A stretch of 64,000 nt of DNA, taken from IMG/VR virus record IMGVR_UViG_3300038465_000091, positions 124,001 through 188,000 of that record; one strand, given 5' to 3'. Below are positions 7,113 to 14,868 of this stretch, one piece after another. Position 1 is the first letter of the stretch. Each line of letters opens with the position of its first letter. The translations under genes and the position numbers were made by a program. A model generated the notes under the pieces. It was not told the origin of the DNA, ran no database searches, and saw only the letters and a program-made list of their open reading frames with translations.

Positions 7113-7325
7113 TTGGTTGAACACCACCACGAACGTTGCCACAGTTGCCATAAGCCGTTCGATCATGAATTGCTGGATTTCTTGTCCTGCGAATTGAATG
7201 AGTGCTACCGCTGCACTATGATCGACGAAAAAGACGCCTTCCGCCGTCTGCGGGAGTTGCGGCGTCGGATAATCGTCGGCAACCTGATGGATAGCGTGCC
7301 GATGGCGACGAAAGCGATCCAATGA
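7113..7325 (+). CDS. Small Cys/His-rich hypothetical protein
   Basis: AAGGAG RBS, TTG start; CxxC...CxxxxCxxC. Confidence 0.55.
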   Translation: MVEHHHERCHSCHKPFDHELLDFLSCELNECYRCTMIDEKDAFRRLRELRRRIIVGNLMDSVPMATKAIQ

Positions 7326-7615
7326 AACCCGATTGGACTCAAATCACCTTCGGCCCGCGTGCTCGCTGGGAACGCCGCGATGGGGCGATTGTGAGATACG
7401 ATGAGTCATCGCCATATCCCAACCCAGCCGTGTCCTCGGCAAAGATGTTCACGGCATGGGAGCCCGATCCTTCCGAGCGGGCGTTATCGATGGAGCGAGG
7501 CCACTGGCGAGTAGCTCAGGACGGGCACAGATTCAAGTTTTCGTTTCCTCGGCGATGGAAGACGGCAGAAGCAGCGATGCGGGCGGTGAACAAAGAATTC
7601 CCCTTTCAAAAATAA
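7322..7615 (+). CDS. Hypothetical protein
   Basis: ATGA overlap; 97 aa. Confidence 0.65.
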   Translation: MKPDWTQITFGPRARWERRDGAIVRYDESSPYPNPAVSSAKMFTAWEPDPSERALSMERGHWRVAQDGHRFKFSFPRRWKTAEAAMRAVNKEFPFQK

Positions 7616-7649
7616 TTTTCAAATTTCTATCGAAAATCTCGACTTCCAT

Positions 7650-7657
7650 GGTATTAT
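7650..7657 (+). promoter_or_regulatory. Extended -10 promoter of the tRNA operon (probably leaderless transcript)
   Basis: TG-G-TATTAT ends at 7657; the leader ATG is 7 nt downstream at 7665 with no SD sequence. Confidence 0.6.
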
Positions 7658-7664
7658 AGTAGAC

Positions 7665-7754
7665 ATGAAGCAGACACTCCAAACTCGAACTACAACGCAA
7701 CAAATTACAATTACGTGCGTGCGGGTCGGCGTGTCTGGTACTCAGGGTGAGTAA
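7665..7754 (+). CDS. Attenuator leader peptide MKQTLQTRTTTQQITITCVRVGVSGTQGE
   Basis: Translated by hand; codons 3-17 contain 7 Thr, 4 Gln and 2 Ile, matching the downstream tRNA species. Confidence 0.8.
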   Translation: MKQTLQTRTTTQQITITCVRVGVSGTQGE

Positions 7755-7785
7755 CCCCTAGAAAAATCAGAGACTTCCGAGCCGC
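7721..7785 (+). promoter_or_regulatory. Putative antiterminator helix
   Basis: GCGGGTCGG (7721-7729) pairs 8/9 with CCGAGCCGC (7777-7785), and GTGTCTGGT (7731-7739) pairs 8/9 with 7766-7774; this would sequester the 5' strand of the terminator. Confidence 0.7.
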
Positions 7786-7807
7786 CCACGGGCGGCTTTT
7801 GTATTTT
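7780..7807 (+). terminator. Intrinsic terminator (attenuator) immediately before the first tRNA
   Basis: AGCCGCC-CACG-GGCGGCT followed by TTTGTATTTT. Confidence 0.8.
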
Positions 7808-7883
7808 GGCGGGTAGCTCAACTGGCTAGAGCACTGAACTGATAATTCAGAGGTTGGGGGTTCAAGTCCCTCTCCGCCAACCA
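7807..7883 (+). tRNA. trnI: tRNA-Ile(GAT)
   Basis: Cloverleaf; anticodon arm CTGAA-CT-GAT-AA-TTCAG; encoded CCA. Confidence 0.9.
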
Positions 7884-7902
7884 AATTTTAGAGGAGGTAG
7901 TC

Positions 7903-8040
7903 ATGGCTGAGACCTTGGAACAAGAGGATTACTCGACGTGGACTTCGTGCCAGATGTACGGGCACAATTACGTGACTGATGAAGATCAGCCGAACTATCA
8001 CTTCTGTACCGACTGTGACGAAGCTTACTTTGACGAGTGA
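7903..8040 (+). CDS. Small Zn-finger-like protein (45 aa) within the tRNA array
   Basis: GAGGAGG RBS; MAETLEQEDYSTWTSCQMYGHNY...HFCTDCDEAYFDE. Confidence 0.6.
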   Translation: MAETLEQEDYSTWTSCQMYGHNYVTDEDQPNYHFCTDCDEAYFDE

Positions 8041-8050
8041 GTTTCGTTGT

Positions 8051-8124
8051 GGACCCGTCTTCCAATGGCAGGATCGGCGACCGATTATCGCTCAATGGTG
8101 GTTCGAATCCATCTGGGTCTACCA
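8051..8124 (+). tRNA. Atypical tRNA-Ile(GAT) (C33, U37)
   Basis: GGACCCG/TGGGTCT-A-CCA; anticodon arm GGCGA-CC-GAT-TA-TCGCT; T loop TTCGAAT. Confidence 0.65.
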
Positions 8125-8132
8125 AGTTCAAT

Positions 8133-8354
8133 GTGGCATATCGTACCCATACAGGGGCCGATTAGGGGAGTATAAGCCGCCTTATGGGTACAACGGACGA
8201 GCGACCATGCGAGGCGTGCGGAGTCAAGGCGGGTGGGAACCTGCGGATGCATGAGAAGGATTGTGCGTTGATCGCGAGTTATTGTGAAAGGTTTCCCGGG
8301 GGCAAGAACTCGCCGCAGTGGGAACGTAAAGGCCCTCGGATGAATGCGAAACAC
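8133..8354 (+). ncRNA. Putative structured RNA (~220 nt) inside the tRNA array, class unknown
   Basis: Stems GTACCCATA/TATGGGTAC, GCGGGT-GGGA-ACCTGC and GCGAGTT/AACTCGC; flanked by tRNAs; no RBS-led ORF. Confidence 0.45.
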
Positions 8355-8368
8355 TAAAATTTAGAAAT

Positions 8369-8450
8369 GCTAGCGTGGCACAGTGGCGACTGCAATGGTT
8401 CCGTAAACCATCATACAACACCGGGGGTTCGAGTCCCTTCGCTAGCTCCA
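8369..8450 (+). tRNA. trnT: tRNA-Thr(CGT), with C33 and an enlarged variable loop
   Basis: GCTAGCG/CGCTAGC-T-CCA; ATGGT-TC-CGT-AA-ACCAT. Confidence 0.8.
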
Positions 8451-8455
8451 GATTT

Positions 8456-8531
8456 GCAGACGTAACACAATTGGCAGTGTACTTTCTTGGTAAGAAAGAG
8501 GTTGTGGGTTCGACTCCCATCGTCTGCTCCA
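8456..8531 (+). tRNA. trnT: tRNA-Thr(GGT)
   Basis: GCAGACG/CGTCTGC-T-CCA; CTTTC-TT-GGT-AA-GAAAG. Confidence 0.9.
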
Positions 8532-8547
8532 TTTTTAGGAGAACAGC

Positions 8548-8844
8548 ATGTACAACTGTGAGATGTGCAACACGTCGTTCGAGGAAAAGGCGGACTTTCT
8601 CGCCCATCCTCATATCATCCAGAAGAAGCTACCAGTCGGTAGGGTGGAAGTGATGCACAGTTGCGGACACGTGGAAGTAGTCCGCAGTTTCGACGACCCG
8701 ATGTATTCGGAAGAGCGAATCGCAAAGCTCGGGAAGACGAAGGAACAGTTCGTAAAGGAACAGATTGAATGGTACGCGAGCGTGCCCTGTCCCGGCTGCT
8801 ACGTTCCTCGACACGGATATGCGATGAACGGGCCGTGTTGCTAG
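8548..8844 (+). CDS. Zn-finger hypothetical protein
   Basis: AGGAGA RBS; CxxC...H...H, HSCGH and CPGC motifs. Confidence 0.7.
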   Translation: MYNCEMCNTSFEEKADFLAHPHIIQKKLPVGRVEVMHSCGHVEVVRSFDDPMYSEERIAKLGKTKEQFVKEQIEWYASVPCPGCYVPRHGYAMNGPCC

Positions 8845-8886
8845 GCGGGTAAGCGCCTAAGAAAAGTTTAGGCGGAAAGACGCCTA
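8842..8886. repeat. Tandem pair of TAGGCG-N6-CGCCTA hairpins
   Basis: 8842-8859 and 8869-8886. Confidence 0.7.
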
Positions 8887-8895
8887 CAAAAATTT

Positions 8896-8980
8896 GCTAC
8901 TGTGGCTCAGCGGCGACAGCACCGCACCTGTAATGCGGCGGGGAAACCCCACGGGAGTTCGAGTCTCCCCGGTAGCTCCA
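8896..8980 (+). tRNA. trnT: tRNA-Thr(TGT), with C33 and a GGGG-AAA-CCCC variable arm
   Basis: GCTACTG/CGGTAGC-T-CCA; CCGCA-CC-TGT-AA-TGCGG. Confidence 0.8.
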
Positions 8981-9065
8981 AGTTCGATTGATTCGTATGC
9001 CAGAAAGTGACTTATACGTCGCTTTTCAGCTACGGATCGATCTAAAGTGACGTAGAAATCACATT

Positions 9066-9139
9066 TGGGAGATCGTTCAACGGCAGGACGACAGACTTTG
9101 AATCTGTCTATCTAGGTTCGAATCCTAGTCTCCCAGCCA
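9066..9139 (+). tRNA. trnQ: tRNA-Gln(TTG)
   Basis: TGGGAGA/TCTCCCA-G-CCA; ACAGA-CT-TTG-AA-TCTGT. Confidence 0.9.
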
Positions 9140-9151
9140 GTATTAGCCCTT

Positions 9152-9484
9152 ATGGGCTACAAAAACAAAACGGATCAACTAGCAAGCCAACGACGTTGGT
9201 ACAGCAACCATAAAGTTGAAGAGGTCGAACGAGTTCTTCAACGCCGACGTGATTTATACGACTGGCTCCGCAAATTAAAGAGAACTCTTAAGTGCAATCG
9301 GTGTCCCGAGAGTTTTTGGGTATGTTTGGATTTTCATCATACCGATCCAACTGAGAAGGACATGAGTGTGGCGCAGGCTGTTCGCAACGGTTGGAGCAAG
9401 AAACGCATCTTGGCTGAAATTGCCAAATGCGAGGTTCTTTGCAAGAACTGCCACGCGAAAGAGCACGCCAAAATTGGGAAGTAG
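9152..9484 (+). CDS. HNH homing endonuclease between two tRNA-Gln genes
   Basis: CNRC...LDFHH.DP..K......E..KC.VLC.NCH..EH pattern; its TAG stop lies in the following tRNA. Confidence 0.85.
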   Translation: MGYKNKTDQLASQRRWYSNHKVEEVERVLQRRRDLYDWLRKLKRTLKCNRCPESFWVCLDFHHTDPTEKDMSVAQAVRNGWSKKRILAEIAKCEVLCKNCHAKEHAKIGK

Positions 9485-9551
9485 CTCAATTGCGTAGAGC
9501 AACTGCCTTTGAAGCAGAAGGTTGGGGGTTCGAGTCCCTCCTTCCCAGCCA
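9475..9551 (+). tRNA. trnQ: tRNA-Gln(TTG), second divergent copy
   Basis: TGGGAAG/CTTCCCA-G-CCA; CTGC-CT-TTG-AA-GCAG. Confidence 0.85.
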
Positions 9552-9558
9552 AATTCTC

Positions 9559-10002
9559 ATGACTACCCATTTCATGGGTATGGACATCCTTCACAAATTC
9601 ATTCTGGGCGGTGAAATCTACCTCGCCGCCGCTTCAGGACTCGTTGTCGTTAGTGCGTTGTTCCGTAGCTGGCATCACCTTCGCGGCACATCGAACACCA
9701 TGCCAATGAACCCCGCGAACATCGCTATCGCTATGGCGAAGTCCAATAACGAAAGCCGCATCCACCGCTGGCTAGACGCGTTCGATATTTTCTTGAATGT
9801 CAGTTTTATGAACGGGTCCAACGATGAAACGATGTCCGCGCACGCATGGCGAGCATCCGTCGAAGGTCATCTGTGGGGCAAGGCGATGAACTGGTGGTTA
9901 AGTGGCTTCCAGCCGAACCACGGGTATCAAGCCGCTTGCGGCGATCTCCAGCGGGCGCTGAATCGCATGGCTGTTGAGAAGAAGGCGCTCGGCCTTCAGT
10001 AG
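9559..10002 (+). CDS. Hypothetical membrane protein
   Basis: ATG at 9559 in track ORF 9427..10002; one hydrophobic segment. Confidence 0.6.
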   Translation: MTTHFMGMDILHKFILGGEIYLAAASGLVVVSALFRSWHHLRGTSNTMPMNPANIAIAMAKSNNESRIHRWLDAFDIFLNVSFMNGSNDETMSAHAWRASVEGHLWGKAMNWWLSGFQPNHGYQAACGDLQRALNRMAVEKKALGLQ

Positions 10003-10178
10003 TTACGCCGTGCTGGTGCCTGTTCTTTGGTCCTTGCCTGTAAAAATTCCGCAGCTTTAATCAGCAATGCGGGGTCATCCGAGAAGCACCCCATACCCTT
10101 TGTTGTGCCAAACCAGTGCAATTTTGAGCATTTTGTGATAGACTTTTGAATGTGACTGACACTACCATTTTCAGTCAT
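9996..10178 (-). pseudogene. Possible remnant of an endonuclease VII-type gene
   Basis: C-terminal KGMGCFSDDPALLIKAAEFL resembles the G.G.F.D....L..A..YL tail of Endonuclease_7; the CxxC/HDH motifs are absent. Confidence 0.35.
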
Positions 10179-10244
10179 AAATCAAGTTTCAAAATTCCTA
10201 GCCAAAACGCAACCCCTTCGGTATAATGGGGACGAGGAGAATAC

Positions 10245-10607
10245 ATGGGAACAACTTGTCCATTGAATGATCTCGGGTTACATTTTTGTCAATGTAAGGA
10301 TGAGCCAGTTCGGTCGATCAACTCGAAAGAAGAGTTTACCCGCGCACTGACTCGCCTTGTCCTCACGCTAGCCGCTAAACTCGATCTGACGCCAACCGAT
10401 CTATACGGTGTGGTTGTTCGACTTAGTGACATCGATTCCGAGATCGTCACGAAATTCACCGAAGCACATGCGGGGCAGACTTTTGGTACCGCCGTTGAAG
10501 CGGGGCAGCGTAGCATGGAATTTCGCCGCGAATACCTCACCGCCCTTCTGGAAAATGAATCAAATATCTCAAACGAGGAACAGAACAATGAACTCACTAC
10601 TGACTAA
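10245..10607 (+). CDS. Hypothetical protein
   Basis: GGTATAAT box and GAGGAG RBS upstream. Confidence 0.65.
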   Translation: MGTTCPLNDLGLHFCQCKDEPVRSINSKEEFTRALTRLVLTLAAKLDLTPTDLYGVVVRLSDIDSEIVTKFTEAHAGQTFGTAVEAGQRSMEFRREYLTALLENESNISNEEQNNELTTD

Positions 10608-11373
10608 GGTTCGATCTCTTTCCGCTGGCGTGGTTGCCGTAGTTGTTGGTCTCTTCACACCAGCGACCATGCCCGCCCAAACCCCCACACCCACGTTTCA
10701 GGACACTTTTGTCGGCGGAAATTTCGATCCGTCGCTTTGGACCGTGGCCACTGGCCCAGCCGCTGGCGGCGGCGTGTATCTCGCGCAAAACGTGGACTCC
10801 TCCGAGGGACATTTGCGCCTGAAGCTCTCGCAGCGCAGAGAAGGCGCGGTTCTCATCTCCGAGGGCAGTGAAATCATGTCCAAGGGACTCTACGGATACG
10901 GCACCTACACCTACGTGATGCGGATGTCGTCAACCGCCGCCTCGCATAAACTTTCGGGCAAGTCTGTATCGGGTAGTGTGTCGGCTGGGTGGAATTACCT
11001 CCCGGGATCGGAGACCGAGATTGATTTCGAATTTCGTGCGGATAAGCCGAACGGCGTCCAAGTGGGTTGTTTCACGAATCGCGACCCATCGCGACAAGAG
11101 ACCCGCATCCATATCAGTTCGATGAGTAGGAACTCTAACTTAGAGCAAAGCTTCCACACATACACCTTTATATGGACTCCAAAGTCCATCGTTTGGTACG
11201 TAGATGGGAAAAAGTCTTGGCAGACGAACAGCAACGTGCCGACGAAGCCAGCCCAGATTCGCATCAACCACTGGGGCATCGACAATCCGAAGTTCGGCGG
11301 CTCAGCTACCGTGAACGTGGATCGGTACATGTACGTGAAGAGCGTGAGTTTCGCGCCCCTCGCGGGAAAGTAG
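10588..11373 (+). CDS. Secreted glycoside hydrolase family 16
   Basis: Signal-peptide-like N-terminus; catalytic ExDxE motif (EIDFEF); YGYGTY, FHTYTFIWTP and WYVDG segments typical of GH16. Confidence 0.85.
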   Translation: MNSLLTKVRSLSAGVVAVVVGLFTPATMPAQTPTPTFQDTFVGGNFDPSLWTVATGPAAGGGVYLAQNVDSSEGHLRLKLSQRREGAVLISEGSEIMSKGLYGYGTYTYVMRMSSTAASHKLSGKSVSGSVSAGWNYLPGSETEIDFEFRADKPNGVQVGCFTNRDPSRQETRIHISSMSRNSNLEQSFHTYTFIWTPKSIVWYVDGKKSWQTNSNVPTKPAQIRINHWGIDNPKFGGSATVNVDRYMYVKSVSFAPLAGK

Positions 11374-11379
11374 GGGACT

Positions 11380-11460
11380 GTGAACATCTACATCTACGTC
11401 GTTGCCCTTTTAGCGGTCATCATTGGCGTGCTTAAAAAGGCATATCGGAAAGAAAGCTGA
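11380..11460 (+). CDS. 26-aa single-pass membrane peptide coupled to the synthase
   Basis: GTG...MNIYIYVVALLAVIIGVLKKAYRKES; its TGA overlaps the ATG at 11460. Confidence 0.4.
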   Translation: MNIYIYVVALLAVIIGVLKKAYRKES

Positions 11461-12731
11461 TGCCTATGAAACACTATCTAACGCCCGAGTTCCTGATGGT
11501 CATAACGGTGTTGATGCCCGTGATCTACTTGGTCTTCAGGGCGATCTACATGGCTTTCTCCGAGACCATTCACCCGAAGAAGGCGCAGGTCCAGAAAGAC
11601 GTGAACCACACGCCCTCCGTGGCCGTGGTCATTCCGTGCTACAACGAAGGGAAGGGCGTCTACGACTGCATCAAGCATATCTGGGAGAGCGACTACCCGA
11701 AAGACATGCTCAAGATTTACCCGCAGGACGACGGCTCAGTGGACGACAGTTGGGAGTGGATGCTCAAGGCGGCGAAGGATTTTGATCGGGTGTACCCGGA
11801 AAGAAACGGCGGCGACGTACCGAAAAACAAAGGCAAGACGGACACGTACCTCAGGGCGATGGAACGTGCGGAGCCTTCCGAGATTCTCGTGAACGTGGAT
11901 TCCGACACTCTCGTCGGCACGGACACCATCAGAAAGATGTTGCAATGTTTCGCGGACCAACGTATCGGCGTCGTCGGCGCACCAGCGGGCATCATCAACG
12001 CGAACGACAGCATATTGACCGCGTTGCAGGCGTACAACTGGACATTCTACAACCAATTCCTCGTCAACCTTGAGAGCACCTACAGGGCCAATCAGGTGTG
12101 CGGCGGGTGGAGCCTCGCGGTCAGGCGGCACATCCTCGAAGAGATAGCCCCCGAAATTTTGGGTCGGCACTGGTTCGGCTGCTCCACCAAGGACGGGGAA
12201 GATCGTTTCATCACGCATCTGGCGCTTCTCCGAGGCTGGGACAGCTACGTAGTGCAGAACACGTGCAGCAAGACCCACGCAATGGAGAACTGGACGCGGT
12301 ATTGGGGACAGCAAGTACGATGGCGCAGAAGCACTTACCGAAGCTTCTGGTGGGTGCTGCGGAAACTGTGGTACCACACGGGGCGCATGAACCCTGCGGC
12401 TCTGTGGGCTATTCTCTCGCAGGGCTTCATGTTCTTCGCGCTCGTAATAATCATCGTCCACTTCGCCCTTACGATGCCCTTTGCCCTCCTGAGCCCTGTC
12501 AAGGTAGCTATTTTTCTTGGCATTTCTTCTGCCTTGATGATACTATGGGACAGGAAGATGAACTGGCAAAAACTCAGGAATCCGTTCAAAACCATATTGG
12601 TGATCCCGTGGGCCATCACCAGCATGTTCTATCTCGCCATCGTATGCCTGCTCTCGCTGGATCAGGATGCATGGGGAAACAGGATTAAAACAACGCCAAC
12701 ACCACCGACTTCGAAGGAGTTATCACAATGA
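11460..12731 (+). CDS. Processive GT2 polysaccharide synthase (hyaluronan synthase / NodC-like)
   Basis: IPCYNE, DDGS, VDSD, GEDR and QQVRW (QxxRW) motifs; N- and C-terminal TM helices. Confidence 0.85.
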   Translation: MPMKHYLTPEFLMVITVLMPVIYLVFRAIYMAFSETIHPKKAQVQKDVNHTPSVAVVIPCYNEGKGVYDCIKHIWESDYPKDMLKIYPQDDGSVDDSWEWMLKAAKDFDRVYPERNGGDVPKNKGKTDTYLRAMERAEPSEILVNVDSDTLVGTDTIRKMLQCFADQRIGVVGAPAGIINANDSILTALQAYNWTFYNQFLVNLESTYRANQVCGGWSLAVRRHILEEIAPEILGRHWFGCSTKDGEDRFITHLALLRGWDSYVVQNTCSKTHAMENWTRYWGQQVRWRRSTYRSFWWVLRKLWYHTGRMNPAALWAILSQGFMFFALVIIIVHFALTMPFALLSPVKVAIFLGISSALMILWDRKMNWQKLRNPFKTILVIPWAITSMFYLAIVCLLSLDQDAWGNRIKTTPTPPTSKELSQ

Positions 12732-13780
12732 AGTTTTTCGGGTTCGACAGAATCAATTTGATGCGGAAGGGCGTCTTGTCTGTCTACCGCGTCTTCTCAC
12801 TCGTCACGCTGTACAGCATCCTTTTCTGCATTTTGGCCTATGCGGGTGCCTTGCTGTTCTATTCGGCAAGCACGTCGTGGATCGTGCCATTCATGGTCAC
12901 CAAGTCCGACATTTCCGTGCTCGCGATAGGCGGTCAGTTGGCTACGTCCACTCAGGCCGTCAACGCGCTTCAACTGGACTACGACAAGACCGTCAAGACG
13001 CTGATCGAGGCAAAGGCGCAGGAGAAAAGCCTCGGTGCCCTCAACCGTCAGATTGACCGCACCATCACGGCACAGAAAAAGGTGTGGGCTGGTCCTACCG
13101 TCGAACTGAAGGATTACGAAACGCAAAAGAAAACCAACAACGCGGTCCTGACGCAAGACACCCTCACGGGCAAGGACCTGCGCCGTATCATCCAAAAAGA
13201 CTTGGCAGAAGGGATTATCACGAAGGCGGACGCCGAGACGGAATTGCTTCAGTTGGACTCGTTTGACAACGCCGCCACGGACAGCAAGATCGCCACGACC
13301 CTGCTGAACGATAGCGTCCGCCAGCACCAGATGGTTGACATCAGCGGACTCGATGTTCTGGCGCAGAAGGCCCAACTAGAAGTCCTGATAAGCCAAGTAC
13401 GTGTGGTGGTCGAGACTGCCGAAGAGGAATTGAGTCTTGACCGAGCGTCCATCAAGGTCATTGACGAGGTTGTCAAGACCGCGACGGGCAGCCCGTTCTA
13501 CTCGGTGATTGATGCGGCTAAGCCAGTTTCATTGGCAATCGTGCCGTACAACCTTGACACTCCGCGTTTGCCACAGGGGGCTCAGGTGTTCGACTGCTTC
13601 TTTGGCATGGTGATATGCCGTAAAGCGGGCACGATCAAAGCGGTGTACACGAATGAGCAATTGTTCGAGCACCCCATCCTTCACATCAACATGCGCGGGT
13701 ACATCGTGGCAATCGACGTGGATGACGATGCCGCCAAGTCGAAAACCCTCATCGTGGGACGCAAGCCATTCTTATTCTAG
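12728..13780 (+). CDS. Membrane-anchored coiled-coil protein, possibly a membrane-fusion/adaptor export component
   Basis: N-terminal TM helix, long heptad helical region, beta-rich C-terminus; translationally coupled to the GT2 gene. Confidence 0.45.
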   Translation: MKFFGFDRINLMRKGVLSVYRVFSLVTLYSILFCILAYAGALLFYSASTSWIVPFMVTKSDISVLAIGGQLATSTQAVNALQLDYDKTVKTLIEAKAQEKSLGALNRQIDRTITAQKKVWAGPTVELKDYETQKKTNNAVLTQDTLTGKDLRRIIQKDLAEGIITKADAETELLQLDSFDNAATDSKIATTLLNDSVRQHQMVDISGLDVLAQKAQLEVLISQVRVVVETAEEELSLDRASIKVIDEVVKTATGSPFYSVIDAAKPVSLAIVPYNLDTPRLPQGAQVFDCFFGMVICRKAGTIKAVYTNEQLFEHPILHINMRGYIVAIDVDDDAAKSKTLIVGRKPFLF

Positions 13781-13788
13781 GGAGAAAT

Positions 13789-14862
13789 ATGAAAACGCTG
13801 GTTATTATCGCTGCTCTACTCCTCACGGGAGTCTCCCAAGCGCAAATCGCGCTTGACCAGAAGGACCATTGCGATGCTATGATGGAGCAGGCGAGGGGTC
13901 TCGCGGCCCAGCTTCGCATCCCCAGTCTCGTCGTTGGGGGCACCGCACCAGCCGCAGGCACAGCACCCCAGATTTATACGGGCCTGCAAAACAGCCTTGC
14001 CAGCGATAGGAAGGCTGCCGACGCGATCCAACTCGCTATCCGCACGTGTTCGCTGTACAACACCACGGAGGATGCCACGTTGCGGTTGTTTTACGCCGCT
14101 CCCAGCTTGCAGAAAACCGCACTGGATCACCGCGCCATCATCGACAGCATAGCGGAGACCCAGTTGAACACCATAATCGCGGACGCACAGAAAAGGGTCG
14201 AAGCACAAAACTTGCCACGGCCCGCGCTCTACCTGTTGCAATCCTCTCGGGCTAGGCTGGAATTGGACAGGGCATCGTCTGCGGCGACCGCCGTGGCTTT
14301 CTATATTCCCGAGGGAATGAACCCCGCGCCCATCAGCCAGTTGCTCAGCATCAAGCAGCAAGAGGAAATCATCGTACAGAAAGCCACGGAAAAGTATGCC
14401 CGAGCGGCTAATTGGGACGTGCTGTTTGAGGGTGGTATGCATCACCAGCTAACATCCACTAGCACTCCGGGGACGCCCGTCAGCAGTTCGACAGGTGCTT
14501 ATGGCGGAGCGACTCTCACTTGGGGTCTCGGCACCCAAAAGGCCGACAAGCATTTCGACAAGGCTGTGACGGCATACGGCAAGTGGAAAGAGACGCAGGA
14601 AGGCGATGTCATCCGTACCGCCATCGCCCTCAGAAAGACGCTCACGGACAGCATCACCGTGCTCGGGAGCAACCTGAAGATGCTACAAGATCAGGGAGAC
14701 GCAATCGACGCCAATCTCGAACTGGTCAAGGACGCCGACACCAGCGCGTCCCTCGCTTTCAAGATGCAGTTGCAGGCCGACAGATTGCTGCTTAGGGTTG
14801 AAGTCGAGGACACGCAGTTCCGCCTCGATGCCTTGCAGACGTACCTAGCGGACAACTTTTAA
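13789..14862 (+). CDS. Secreted helical protein, possibly outer-membrane efflux (TolC-like)
   Basis: Signal peptide; helical repeats alternating with beta segments (WDVLFEGGMHHQL, YGGATLTWGLG); operon context. Confidence 0.4.
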   Translation: MKTLVIIAALLLTGVSQAQIALDQKDHCDAMMEQARGLAAQLRIPSLVVGGTAPAAGTAPQIYTGLQNSLASDRKAADAIQLAIRTCSLYNTTEDATLRLFYAAPSLQKTALDHRAIIDSIAETQLNTIIADAQKRVEAQNLPRPALYLLQSSRARLELDRASSAATAVAFYIPEGMNPAPISQLLSIKQQEEIIVQKATEKYARAANWDVLFEGGMHHQLTSTSTPGTPVSSSTGAYGGATLTWGLGTQKADKHFDKAVTAYGKWKETQEGDVIRTAIALRKTLTDSITVLGSNLKMLQDQGDAIDANLELVKDADTSASLAFKMQLQADRLLLRVEVEDTQFRLDALQTYLADNF

Positions 14863-14868
14863 GGGGAT

